From positions 46,537-110,536 of the forward strand of contig JAJTFW010000001.1 in the NCBI GenBank assembly GCA_021299095.1: a stretch of DNA of 64,000 bases, given 5' to 3'. The translations under genes were made by a program, and so were the position numbers. This document shows positions 22,101-30,862 of this stretch, in pieces. Within the stretch, counting starts at the first letter, position 1. Each line of letters starts with the position of its first letter. Origin of the DNA: Sphingobacteriales bacterium. GTDB lineage: Bacteria > Bacteroidota > Bacteroidia > AKYH767-A > OLB10. The notes under the pieces were generated by a model that did no database searches, was not told where the DNA came from, and was given only the letters and a program-made list of their open reading frames with translations.

Positions 22101-22553
22101 ATCGACGAGTTGACAGACTTGGTGGAGGAAGCTGTCTTAACGGAATTCGACCGCATCACCGAGCGCGGTGGCGTACTTGGCGCAATGGAAACCATGTACC
22201 AGCGCGGAAAAATACAGGAAGAGTCCCTTTACTACGAAACCTTGAAGCATACCGGGGAATATCCGATCATCGGTGTAAACACTTTCCTCAGCAGCAAGGG
22301 TTCACCTACCATTCTGCCCAAGGAAGTGATTCGCGCTACGACGGAAGAAAAAGAATATCAGATCAGCATGTTGAGCTCATTGCACCAGCGGCATGCAAAT
22401 ACAGCGCCCCGCTTACTGCGCGATTTGCAATTGACCGCCATCAGAAATGGCAATATGTTCGATTCCATGATGGAAGCGACAAAATTCTGTTCACTGGGAC
22501 AGATTACGCGTTCGTTGTTTGAAGTGGGCGGACAATACCGCAGAAACATGTAA
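19173..22553 (+). CDS. icmF: Fused isobutyryl-CoA mutase type protein (B12-binding domain + MeaB-like GTPase + mutase catalytic domain)
   Basis: N-terminal B12 domain with [13 protein letters not shown]. The central G-protein has the P-loop [12 protein letters not shown] and an NKFD motif. The C-terminal half of about 550 aa is methylmalonyl-CoA-mutase-like ([18 protein letters not shown]). The order B12-GTPase-mutase is the IcmF architecture. Confidence 0.88.
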   Translation: MNNTQPYTPKNKIRIVTAASLFDGHDASINIMRRIIQSSGAEVIHLGHDRSVQEVVECAIQEDANAIAMTSYQGGHMEYFKYMHDLLKERGCAHIRIFGGGGGTILPEEIRELHDYGIARIYHPDDGRSMGLQGMINDMLQKCDFATGFELNGEVNHLSTSSPYSVARLISAAENNRAEFESFLPAIEAKAKESKTPVLGITGTGGAGKSSLVDELVRRFLIDFPEKSIAILSVDPSKRKTGGALLGDRIRMNAINNRRVYMRSLATRQSNLALSRYVKDAVDLVKAAGYDVVILETSGIGQSDTEITDHSDMSLYVMTPEYGAATQLEKIDMLDFADVIALNKFDKRGALDALRDVRKQYKRNHQLWDAEDDTLPVIGTIASQFNDPGMNRLYRLVMDRLVQKTGSPLHSNLDASDEMSEKIYIIPPHRTRYLSEIAENNRKYDQWSIEQASIAQKLFGIHKALDVLQDTDVAGKEQAAETLRSAYAEWELRLDGQNKKLLSQFPEKIRQYKSDEYIFKVRDKELRIKTWTESLSHSRIPKVSVPNYEAWGEQLKWILQENFPGEFPFTSGVFPFKREGEDPTRMFAGEGGPERTNRRFHYVSQGMPAHRLSTAFDSVTLYGHDPDLRPDIYGKIGNSGVSICCLDDAKKLYSGFNLADPKTSVSMTINGPAAMLTGFFMNAAIDQQCELHIRNEGIQEEIEKKISQLQKEQPGEPPRYNGPLPDGNDGLGLMLLGLTGDQVLPPDTYQKIKAYTLSQVRGTVQADILKEDQAQNTCIFSTEFALRLMGDMQDYFIRNSIRNFYSVSISGYHIAEAGANPITQLAFTLANGFTYVEYYASRGMDINAFAPNLSFFFSNGIDPEYAVIGRVARRIWAKAMKLKYGANERSQLLKYHIQTSGRSLHAQEIDFNDIRTTLQALYAIYDNCNSLHTNAYDEAITTPTEESVRRAMAIQLIINRELGLAKNENPLQGSFIIDELTDLVEEAVLTEFDRITERGGVLGAMETMYQRGKIQEESLYYETLKHTGEYPIIGVNTFLSSKGSPTILPKEVIRATTEEKEYQISMLSSLHQRHANTAPRLLRDLQLTAIRNGNMFDSMMEATKFCSLGQITRSLFEVGGQYRRNM

Positions 22554-22848
22554 TGAGGATGCCGATTGTATTTCGATACGGAATGCGCTGCTTTTCCTTT
22601 GGCATTTACAACAACCGGAGTGGTTTATTCTGGAATAAACTTGTCGGTATTTAGTGGGGAGAATAGTCGTGTACAAACGTTTAGTTGTGCAGGAATATCA
22701 TTTATTTCCAATAAATTTGCGACTGGGGAGGAGGAGTGGCGGCCCCCTGCGCATTTTTCATTAAACTGTTGAATATCATATATTTAAATCGAATTGATTT
22801 CTACTCGATTTTGAATAAATCTTTCTTTATTCCGGACTTAAACCGCAA

Positions 22849-24063
22849 TTAATTCTCTCGGGGAATCCTCTCAGGAACCACATCTCTATCCTTCTCCCGC
22901 TTTTTGATGACCGGCTGCTGTCGCTGAGGATTTTTTACCGGAGCCTGCGGTTTGACGTCGTCCCGCTGCGGTTGACCTGGACGTTTCCACCAGCGATCTT
23001 TTTTCTGCGGCTCAGCTGGTACATGCCGTGGAGGATCCGCCTTCGGACTTTGAATCCCTTTTCGCTTGCCTTCCTCCGATGGAGAAACAACACCCGGAAC
23101 ACCTCCGCGATTAACCGGCTCCATTCGAATAACAGCTGGATTTTTACGCACCTCTAACGTATGAGCAGGGAATCGAGGGTGTAACTTGGGCCGTACCACT
23201 GGCCTTGGGTTGTTGTATACAGCATTGTATCGACCCGTATCATAGAACCGCCCTACACTAGATGAAGTGCGGCGTATTGCACGATAAGGTCCATACCAAT
23301 GCGGGGAATGCGGGTAGGCCGTATGCCAATACCACCAACCCGGCCAGGGATTATAATAGTACCAGTGGGTGTAATATGTGTCCCAATACCAGGGAGACCA
23401 AGCAAACCACCACGAGGGATAAGCGCCCCAATACCAAGGTGAATACCATGGATTATAGCCAACAGCAAAAACAAAATGTACGATAACCCATTCCTCCGGT
23501 TCCGGACAATATGAGGGATGAGATGAATACGATTCAGTCGTTTCGTCGTAACGATAGGTTTCAGTGCTTGATTGTCCCTCGTAGGCTGGATTGGGTGTTT
23601 CCATTTGGGCGCCTGCCTTGGAGGGGCGAATCACGTATCCTGGACCATACATATCCTCATCACCAATGGCCTCAACAAGGACTTTTCCGTTTTCTTTTCG
23701 GATTGAAAAAACGGCAATATCCTGAACATCATCCACTCCAAGTAGGGCTTGTAATACGATAGCATGGTCGCTTCCAACCTGTTTATCGAAGACTCGGATA
23801 TAATCTACCCTTGCGTCAAGATTCAAATCCAACTGATTGATGTGAACAGAGTCGGTGTTGATGCGTTTCTCAAACTCCTCCAGTGTTGGCGAGGTTCTTA
23901 AGATATTCATACAGGCAGCCAGGTTAAACATATCACCGGGACGATTCAGCCGAAGTGAATCATTCCCCTGCGAGCGAAGCGTTATAGGAATTCCAATGAG
24001 CAAGAGGTTGACCAAACCCAACCAGTGGATTACTTTGCCAAAGAATGGAACGCACGTTTTCAT
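22849..24063 (-). CDS. Hypothetical secreted or membrane protein with an extreme Trp/Tyr/Pro-rich segment and a basic Pro/Gln/Lys-rich tail
   Basis: A hydrophobic N-terminal segment is consistent with a signal peptide or membrane anchor when starting at ATG 24063 (MKTCVPFFGKVIHWLGLVNLLLIGIPITLRSQ). Residues 221-278 of the listed ORF (YNPWYSPWYWGAYPSWWFAWSPWYWDTYYTHWYYYNPWPGWWYWHTAYPHSPHWYGPY) contain 14 W and 14 Y in 58 aa. The C-terminal 120 aa or so are rich in P, R, K and Q. Confidence 0.6.
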   Translation of the reverse strand: MKTCVPFFGKVIHWLGLVNLLLIGIPITLRSQGNDSLRLNRPGDMFNLAACMNILRTSPTLEEFEKRINTDSVHINQLDLNLDARVDYIRVFDKQVGSDHAIVLQALLGVDDVQDIAVFSIRKENGKVLVEAIGDEDMYGPGYVIRPSKAGAQMETPNPAYEGQSSTETYRYDETTESYSSHPSYCPEPEEWVIVHFVFAVGYNPWYSPWYWGAYPSWWFAWSPWYWDTYYTHWYYYNPWPGWWYWHTAYPHSPHWYGPYRAIRRTSSSVGRFYDTGRYNAVYNNPRPVVRPKLHPRFPAHTLEVRKNPAVIRMEPVNRGGVPGVVSPSEEGKRKGIQSPKADPPRHVPAEPQKKDRWWKRPGQPQRDDVKPQAPVKNPQRQQPVIKKREKDRDVVPERIPREN

Positions 24064-24139
24064 AAACCGAAATTCCGTACGAATCCGGCAGCTACCCTTG
24101 ATATAGATCAGTACCAAAGCGGATTTGTATCCGTTTCGT

Positions 24140-25228
24140 TCAATGCTGCTCCAACCAGCGGCTCAAGAGCGTATCGTACAACCACCACCTTCCTCCGGTT
24201 TCATACACCAGATCTTTTTCCTGAAGTGCTGCCAATGCTGTCTGAACAGAACTGGGGGTGCCGAGTGCGTATTTTCTGACGAAAGCGGACCCCATTACTT
24301 TGACCGCACCACGCTCACGCGCAATGCCACGCAAGAGCAACCATTGGTTACGCGTCAAGAGGTCGCGATAGGTCCTGAAAAAGGGAGCACGTTCCTGCAG
24401 GATCTGCTTCAACTCCGTCTCTAAAGTCCATTCATCAATCTGTTTTCGAGGACATTCAATTATTCTACAAAGGCCCTGACCCAGCGCGTCCACTTCAGCC
24501 CTGCTCCACTCTACCAGCCTTTCTGACGCGGCCTGATCGATTTTTTTGCGTGCACCGCTCATCTGCCTCTGAATCTCCTTCAGCAACATGTGCTCATCTG
24601 GTTCTTCGATTCTGATACATGGCGTTTGCATATCAAATGGCCAACTTTTCTCTTTCAGTAAGCGATCACGTTGACTTCCATCGTTGATCGCCAGTATTAT
24701 TTTACACTTGATGTTTCGCAGGAGGGCCTCTTTGAATGCCGAACGGATTCCATCGTCGTAAATCCGCTCCAGATGTTCTACTGTTAAGAGTTTCAGGTTT
24801 GGCAACCGGCCTGCATATCCGAAAAGCTGATCCAGAGCCACCTCATAGCGGACATCGTCATCAATGGAAAAATCGACAGTAGGTGCCTGTGAAAATCCAT
24901 CGTACCGGACCACAGGACGCAGATAGGTGAATGCGTTTGCAAATTCTTTCATGACCTTGACCTGGCCTGTATCCACATGTTTGATGCATTCGCCTGCAAT
25001 CGCAATCAACAAATCGGATTCATGCACTACATCGGTCAAATCGATGTGTAAAACCGTAATGGCTTTTCCGGTGTATGCCTCCGAAACAAACTCACGGAGC
25101 AAATGGGTTTTACCCATTCCACGCTGTCCACTCATTACGATTTGTCCTGCTGTTTGCAATCCCTTCCGTATGGAGTCAACCAAATCCGGACGAGGAATTA
25201 GCCCATGCGCTGTGGTGGTTTCTTGCAT
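24140..25228 (-). CDS. AAA+/ORC-Cdc6-like ATP-binding protein with a C-terminal winged-helix-like region (Arch_ATPase/DUF234-type)
   Basis: Walker A GQRGMGKTHLL near the N-terminus. The length of 362 aa and the C-terminal helical region (WLLLRGIARERG...LVYETGGRWWLYD) resemble the ATPase + DUF234 family common in Bacteroidota and archaea. Confidence 0.6.
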   Translation of the reverse strand: MQETTTAHGLIPRPDLVDSIRKGLQTAGQIVMSGQRGMGKTHLLREFVSEAYTGKAITVLHIDLTDVVHESDLLIAIAGECIKHVDTGQVKVMKEFANAFTYLRPVVRYDGFSQAPTVDFSIDDDVRYEVALDQLFGYAGRLPNLKLLTVEHLERIYDDGIRSAFKEALLRNIKCKIILAINDGSQRDRLLKEKSWPFDMQTPCIRIEEPDEHMLLKEIQRQMSGARKKIDQAASERLVEWSRAEVDALGQGLCRIIECPRKQIDEWTLETELKQILQERAPFFRTYRDLLTRNQWLLLRGIARERGAVKVMGSAFVRKYALGTPSSVQTALAALQEKDLVYETGGRWWLYDTLLSRWLEQH

Positions 25229-25367
25229 CTATATTTTACCTATTATACATAATGCAAAATACAAAATAATTGAAATGCCTTTGAACGGCTATTCAAAACC
25301 TGTTAACACCCTTGTGTTCATGCGTTCGGCGCATCTTTGCAGTGTGAATCGCCCCCAACATCCGGAC

Positions 25368-26039
25368 ATGTCCCCGGCACTACTCGCCTACTTGCAGGGT
25401 TTTCTCATGGAGGGAAGAAAAGAGCGTTTTGAAAAGATTCTGGAACAGCGAACACGTTTTTTGACCTGTGTACTGGAAAACATTTCAGATGCACACAACG
25501 CAAATGCGGTCATGCGATCCTGCGAGTGTTTCGGTATTCAGGATATTCACATCATCGAAAACGGTGCGAAGTTCAAGCCTGCCCGCAAGGTTTTAAAGGG
25601 TTCCCACAAATGGCTCAGTATTCATAAATACCGCGAGGAATCCCACAATACCAAAACCTGTCTGAATGCACTAAAAGAAAAGGGCTACCGGATTGTTGCC
25701 ACCAGCCCACATGCTGCAAACATTGCAGTTCACGAACTACCGCTTGATCGTCCAATCGCCCTGGTATTGGGCCAGGAACACATCGGCATTTCGGATGTTG
25801 TGCGGGAAGAAGCCGATGATTTCATCATCATTCCGATGCAAGGCTTTACAGAAAGTCTGAACATTTCAGTAGCCGCAGCCATCATGCTACAATCGTTAAG
25901 TCACCGTATCCGCACCTGCAGCGATATTGAGTGGAGGCTGAGCGAAGTCGAAAAGGATGAATTACGCAAAACCTGGACCCTGAAGAACCTATACCGTAAC
26001 GAACTCTTTATCGAGCGTTTTTATCAGGAAAATCCATGA
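25368..26039 (+). CDS. SpoU/TrmH-family tRNA/rRNA 2'-O-methyltransferase
   Basis: NAHNANAVMRSCECFGIQ, LVLGQEHIGIS and IPMQGFTESLNISVAAAI are the three SPOUT (SpoU) motifs. The upstream part of ORF 24927..26039 is antisense to the ATPase gene and is rejected. ATG 25368 (or 25320) is the likely start. Confidence 0.82.
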   Translation: MSPALLAYLQGFLMEGRKERFEKILEQRTRFLTCVLENISDAHNANAVMRSCECFGIQDIHIIENGAKFKPARKVLKGSHKWLSIHKYREESHNTKTCLNALKEKGYRIVATSPHAANIAVHELPLDRPIALVLGQEHIGISDVVREEADDFIIIPMQGFTESLNISVAAAIMLQSLSHRIRTCSDIEWRLSEVEKDELRKTWTLKNLYRNELFIERFYQENP

Positions 26040-26698
26040 AGCTGACCGACATCCATACCCACAACCGACCGCCGGAATCCGTTATTGGAATTCAAAACCT
26101 GATGAATCCCGATCAGGTAAAAAACGCACTTGAACAACCGGGTCTGTATTCGGCGGGCCTACATCCCTGGCACATACATCCCGACTATTGGAGAGAGGAT
26201 GTTCACATGCTTACTGAAAGCATACATCACCCCAATCTGCTTGCAATCGGAGAAGCTGGACTTGATCGTCTGACCGACTTACCAATCAACCTGCAAATGG
26301 ATGTATTCCGCGCGATGGTTGAACTTTCTGAAGCTGCGAAAAAGCCGCTGTTAATTCATGCCGTCAGAACCCATGGGGAAATCATGCTTTTGAAGCGGGA
26401 AATGAAACCTACGCAGGCTTGGATCATTCACGGATTCAATTTGCGAAAGAGCATCGCAGATGGTTTATTGGAATCGGGTTTTATCCTTTCGTTCGGAGCC
26501 GCATTGCTAAACGAAAATAGTGCCGCCTCGAAGGTGTTCACCGAAATCCCTACTGACCGGTTTTTCCTCGAAAGCGACGAATCAACCATCGAATTAAAGG
26601 ACTTATATAAACGTGCCGCGAACCTGCGTGAGTGCACAGTTGACCAACTGACCGAATCACTTTATGAACGCTTTAACCAACTCTTCTACAAGGCCTGA
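26036..26698 (+). CDS. TatD-family metal-dependent hydrolase
   Basis: DIHTH at the N-terminus, GEAGLD, HAV and ESD motifs in the TatD/amidohydrolase order. The start overlaps the previous stop as ATGA. Confidence 0.75.
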   Translation: MKLTDIHTHNRPPESVIGIQNLMNPDQVKNALEQPGLYSAGLHPWHIHPDYWREDVHMLTESIHHPNLLAIGEAGLDRLTDLPINLQMDVFRAMVELSEAAKKPLLIHAVRTHGEIMLLKREMKPTQAWIIHGFNLRKSIADGLLESGFILSFGAALLNENSAASKVFTEIPTDRFFLESDESTIELKDLYKRAANLRECTVDQLTESLYERFNQLFYKA

Positions 26699-27449
26699 CC
26701 GTCAGTGGCTGTCCAGAACAGCACTCATAACGGGTGAACAGGGGCTTGACCGCCTTGAGCGGGCTCATGTGCTGGTGATCGGGCTCGGAGGTGTGGGATC
26801 CTATGCTGCAGAGTTTATTGCGAGAGCAGGCGTAGGTGAAATGACCATCGTAGATGGCGATGATGTAGAAGCGAGTAACCGGAATCGTCAGTTGCCCGCG
26901 TTGGCAACCACGGAGGGTCAGTCGAAGGCGCTTTTGATGGAAGAGCGACTGAAGGCCATCAATCCATCCATCAGAGTGAATGTGATCCGATCATTTCTCA
27001 TGCCGGAGGTAATCGAAGGCATTCTGAGTCAACCCTTTGACTATGTTGTGGAAGCCATTGACAGCATTACACCGAAAGCGACCGTCATTTACCACGCAAA
27101 GCAGCGTGGACTTCGAATTGTGAGTAGTATGGGCGCCGGAGGCAAATTGGATCCAACCAAACTGATTGTTGCCGACCTGAGCAAGTCACATACCTGCAGG
27201 TTTGCTCAATATGTACGGAAGCGTCTTCGGAAGATGGGCGTTCGTAAAGGTGTGAAAGTCGTATTCAGCACAGAATTGGTGATCCGCGAATCCCTGATGT
27301 TGACCGATGGAAGCCGATATAAGAAGTCTGCATACGGAACCATATCCTATCTTCCGGCCACATTCGGAGCCGCATGCGCTTCTGTGGCGATTCGTGATCT
27401 TTTGGACGATGTAGGTCGAATCGATCAGCACAGCGCAGGCACGAACTAA
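26664..27449 (+). CDS. tcdA: tRNA threonylcarbamoyladenosine dehydratase (ThiF/E1-like)
   Basis: VLVIGLGGVGSYAAEFIARAGVGEMTIVDGDDV...NRNRQ is collinear with E. coli TcdA/CsdL. The C-terminal part also aligns (VFSTE...). Confidence 0.85.
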   Translation: MNALTNSSTRPDRQWLSRTALITGEQGLDRLERAHVLVIGLGGVGSYAAEFIARAGVGEMTIVDGDDVEASNRNRQLPALATTEGQSKALLMEERLKAINPSIRVNVIRSFLMPEVIEGILSQPFDYVVEAIDSITPKATVIYHAKQRGLRIVSSMGAGGKLDPTKLIVADLSKSHTCRFAQYVRKRLRKMGVRKGVKVVFSTELVIRESLMLTDGSRYKKSAYGTISYLPATFGAACASVAIRDLLDDVGRIDQHSAGTN

Positions 27450-27484
27450 AACAATCATCCATTAGCCATATCCTTCAATAAGTC

Positions 27485-28615
27485 ATGCGATTCGAACTGC
27501 TGCACACCGACTCCGAAACCAAAGCCAGAGCCGGAACTCTTGAAACGGCGCATGGGGTCATCGAAACGCCGATTTTCATGCCTGTTGGAACTGCAGGAAC
27601 TGTCAAGGGGGTGCATCAACGTGAGTTGAAAAACGATATCGGTGCCCAAATCATTCTCGGAAACACCTATCACCTCTACCTCAGACCCGGCACTCAAATT
27701 CTGGAGGAAGCCGGTGGCCTGCATCGCTTCATGGGATGGGATGGCCCGATTTTGACTGATAGTGGAGGATTTCAGGTTTTTTCACTCAGCGACATCCGAA
27801 AAATCACAGAGGAAGGTGTGCGCTTCACATCGCATATCGATGGGTCGAAACACTTGTTCAGCCCCGAATCAGCCATCGATATCCAACGGAGCATTGGTGG
27901 CGATATCATCATGGCATTCGATGAGTGCACACCCTATCCCTGCGGTGAACGCGAGGCCAGAAAGTCGATGGAATTGACTCACCGCTGGCTCGAACGTTGC
28001 TGCACGCACCTCGACCAGCAGAAACCGAAATACGGTTACGCGCAGACCCTTTTTCCCATCGTACAGGGAAGTACGTATCCAGAACTGAGGAAGCAAAGCG
28101 CCGAGTTCATTGCTTCCATGGATCGCGAAGGCAATGCCATTGGCGGATTATCCGTCGGTGAGCCTGTGGAGGAAATGTATGCGCTAACCGATCTGGTCAC
28201 CGATATCTTGCCCAAAGAAAAACCGAGGTACCTGATGGGTGTCGGAACACCTGCAAACATTCTGGAAGGGATTGCACGAGGTGTGGATATGTTTGACTGC
28301 GTAATGCCTACACGAAATGCGCGAAACGGAATGCTGTTTACAGACGAGGGCATTATCAATATCCGGAATGAAAAGTGGAAGCACGATCTGCGCCCGATTG
28401 ATCAGCACAGTCCTGCCTACGTAGATAACCAATATAGTCTTGCCTACCTAAGACACCTCCACGTATCAGGCGAGATGCTGGCTGCACAAATCGCAACACT
28501 CCACAACTTGAGTTTCTATCTTCGTCTGGTGAAAGAAGCCAGGGAACATATTCTCGCAGGCGATTTCGCAGACTGGAAAAAAAGAAAAGTAGAGACGGTA
28601 AGTCGTCGACTGTAG
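27485..28615 (+). CDS. tgt: tRNA-guanine(34) transglycosylase
   Basis: TPIFMPVGT, LTDSGGFQV, MAFDEC and the zinc site region. Length 376 aa, collinear with bacterial Tgt. Confidence 0.95.
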   Translation: MRFELLHTDSETKARAGTLETAHGVIETPIFMPVGTAGTVKGVHQRELKNDIGAQIILGNTYHLYLRPGTQILEEAGGLHRFMGWDGPILTDSGGFQVFSLSDIRKITEEGVRFTSHIDGSKHLFSPESAIDIQRSIGGDIIMAFDECTPYPCGEREARKSMELTHRWLERCCTHLDQQKPKYGYAQTLFPIVQGSTYPELRKQSAEFIASMDREGNAIGGLSVGEPVEEMYALTDLVTDILPKEKPRYLMGVGTPANILEGIARGVDMFDCVMPTRNARNGMLFTDEGIINIRNEKWKHDLRPIDQHSPAYVDNQYSLAYLRHLHVSGEMLAAQIATLHNLSFYLRLVKEAREHILAGDFADWKKRKVETVSRRL

Positions 28616-28631
28616 AATTTCCCGAATCCAC

Positions 28632-29714
28632 ATGGGCATCAAGCATATCGACTGGTACATCATCCGAAAGTTTCTCGGAACATTCTTTTTTGCGCTTGCC
28701 CTGATCATCTCCATTGCCATCGTATTCGATATCAGTGAGAAAATCGATGACTTTCTGGAGAAGAAAGCTCCAATAGAGGCAATTGTCGGTGATTACTACC
28801 TCAACTTCATCCCCTACTTCGCGAACCTCTTCAGTCCGCTTTTCGTGTTCATCTCAGTCATTTTTTTTACGTCAAAAATGGCCGGCCAGACAGAGATTGT
28901 AGCCATACTCGCCAGTGGCGTCAGTTTTCGCAGACTGATGGCACCATATCTGGCCGCAGCCTTGTTTATTGCATTGTTGTCGCTTTACCTGAACAACTTC
29001 GTGATTCCTCACTCCAACACCGACAGGATCGCTTTTGAAACCACCTACATTAAAAATCCGTTCGTTTACAAGAACCGGCATGTGCATCGTCAAATCGCGC
29101 CCGGGGAGTTCATCTATTTCGAAAGCTTCAACAACATCGACCGGGTTGGATACCAGTTTTCGTATGAACGTATCGAGAACGGTAAGATGAAATACAAATT
29201 ACTGGCGGAACGCATTCTGTGGGATAGCCTAAAAAACTCCTGGACGCTTGAAAACTACTTCTGCCGATCCATTGATTCACTACAGGAAGACATGCGTTCG
29301 GGATTCCGCATGGACACCACATTGAATTTTCACCCCTCGGAATTCAATCGAAGAACAAACTTCATTGAAACCATGGATACCCCTGAACTGAACCGGTACA
29401 TAGCCCAGGAGATCATGAGGGGATCAGAAGAAGTCCCCTTTTATCTTGTCGAAAAACACAAGCGGATTTCCTATCCGTTTGCCACATTCATTCTGACCAT
29501 CATCGGAGTATCCCTTTCCAGTAGAAAGGTTCGCGGAGGGATTGGGGTGCAGATTGGAGCCGGAATCCTATTGAGTTTTACCTACATCCTATTCATGCAG
29601 GTCAGTCAGACGCTTGCCACGAACGGCGGAATGCCCGCTTGGCTTGCCGTCTGGACACCGAATCTGGTTTTTAGTGTTATTGCCTTCGTTTTATACAGGA
29701 AGGCCGAACGGTAG
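28632..29714 (+). CDS. LptF/LptG-family (YjgP/YjgQ) permease
   Basis: 360 aa. ILDRYI-like start (IDWYIIRKFLGTFFF), three N-terminal TMs, a periplasmic beta-jellyroll-length insert, and three C-terminal TMs. Confidence 0.8.
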   Translation: MGIKHIDWYIIRKFLGTFFFALALIISIAIVFDISEKIDDFLEKKAPIEAIVGDYYLNFIPYFANLFSPLFVFISVIFFTSKMAGQTEIVAILASGVSFRRLMAPYLAAALFIALLSLYLNNFVIPHSNTDRIAFETTYIKNPFVYKNRHVHRQIAPGEFIYFESFNNIDRVGYQFSYERIENGKMKYKLLAERILWDSLKNSWTLENYFCRSIDSLQEDMRSGFRMDTTLNFHPSEFNRRTNFIETMDTPELNRYIAQEIMRGSEEVPFYLVEKHKRISYPFATFILTIIGVSLSSRKVRGGIGVQIGAGILLSFTYILFMQVSQTLATNGGMPAWLAVWTPNLVFSVIAFVLYRKAER

Positions 29715-29719
29715 ACTAA

Positions 29720-30862
29720 TCACTGGGTCGTAACCGCTTCTTCGTACACATGCAAACGATTGTAGAGGGTATCTCGCTCTACGGGAACACGTCCCGCACC
29801 ACGAATCAAATCGATTAGCTCCTGGGTGCTTAAGGCAGGTGTTTGCTCTTCTGATCCGGCCATGGTATAAATCCGGGTGCTATCGTCGATGGTTCCGTCC
29901 AAATCATCAACTCCGAAAGCCTGAGTAAGTTGCGCCGTCGATCGACCAATCATGGGCCAGTAGGCTTTTACATGATCGAAATTGTCCAGATAAATCCGTC
30001 CGATTGCGAACATCTTCAAATCGTCAATCAGGGTAGTCTCCCCAATGGAAGACATGTCGTTGTCTTTATTGCGAAACTTCAAAGGAATGAATGTCTGAAA
30101 ACCGCCAGTCTTATCCTGAAGTTCGCGTAACCTGCGCATGTGATCGACACGATGAGCAGGAGACTCTATATGACCGTATAGCAAGGTTGCATTGCTTCTC
30201 AACCCCTCCACATGTGCAGCCTCATGGATTTCGAGCCATCGGTCCGCATCACATTTATCGGCACAAATCTTCTCCCTGATTTCAGCCGCAAAAATCTCTG
30301 CTCCACCGCCAGGAATGGAGTCCAAACCATGCTCCTTTAAATAACGCATGCCCTCCAATGCACTATAGTGAGCCTTTCGGAACATATAATCCAGTTCTAC
30401 TGCCGTGAAGGCCTTGATGTGCAAATCGGGGCGATGCTCCTTGATGGACTTCAACAAGTGCGCAAAAAATACAATATCCATTTTCGGATGTACTCCTCCA
30501 ACGATGTGAACCTCAGTAATCGGCTGTCCATCATACGCCTTGACCTTGTCCAACATCTCTTTGGCCGTCAATTCCCAGCCGTCCTCGCGGTGCTTGTATT
30601 CGCGCGAATACGAACAGAAATTGCAGGTAAATACACAGACATTGGTGGGTTCAATGTGAAAATTGCGGTTGAAAAAGGTAAAATTTCCATTTTTCTGTTC
30701 ACGAACATGATTGGCCAATATCCCGCATTCAGAAAGTCCTGCATGCTCAAATAGAAACAGTGCATCCTCGTCGGAAATCCGCAAACCGGAATTTACTTTT
30801 TCGGCTATCCGTTCAAGTTCTGGTCCCTGACCCTTCAAAAGCATACTAGCTATTTTTTCCAT
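29720..30862 (-). CDS. CofH/MqnC/MqnE-family radical SAM enzyme (futalosine-pathway menaquinone biosynthesis type)
   Basis: Radical SAM cluster motif CVFTCNFCSY (CxxxCxxC), HIVGG, GLDSIPGGGAEIF and TLLYGHIE segments as in MqnE/MqnC. I cannot separate MqnE from MqnC by eye. Confidence 0.75.
   Translation of the reverse strand: MEKIASMLLKGQGPELERIAEKVNSGLRISDEDALFLFEHAGLSECGILANHVREQKNGNFTFFNRNFHIEPTNVCVFTCNFCSYSREYKHREDGWELTAKEMLDKVKAYDGQPITEVHIVGGVHPKMDIVFFAHLLKSIKEHRPDLHIKAFTAVELDYMFRKAHYSALEGMRYLKEHGLDSIPGGGAEIFAAEIREKICADKCDADRWLEIHEAAHVEGLRSNATLLYGHIESPAHRVDHMRRLRELQDKTGGFQTFIPLKFRNKDNDMSSIGETTLIDDLKMFAIGRIYLDNFDHVKAYWPMIGRSTAQLTQAFGVDDLDGTIDDSTRIYTMAGSEEQTPALSTQELIDLIRGAGRVPVERDTLYNRLHVYEEAVTTQ

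Noticed and set aside
24927-25367. N-terminal 147 codons of the 370-aa plus-strand ORF 24927..26039
   Set aside because: This part is antisense to the well-supported ATPase gene and has a Cys/Ser/Thr-rich composition of no recognisable kind. The SpoU methyltransferase homology begins only near 25368.
25368-28615. Apparent clustering of tRNA/rRNA modification genes (trmH-like, tcdA, tgt here, plus the RluA-family gene at 10.2 kb and queE at 53.5 kb)
   Set aside because: These enzymes act in unrelated modification pathways and are common housekeeping genes. tgt and queE belong to the same pathway but are 25 kb apart on opposite strands. The grouping is most simply a coincidence of a core-genome region.
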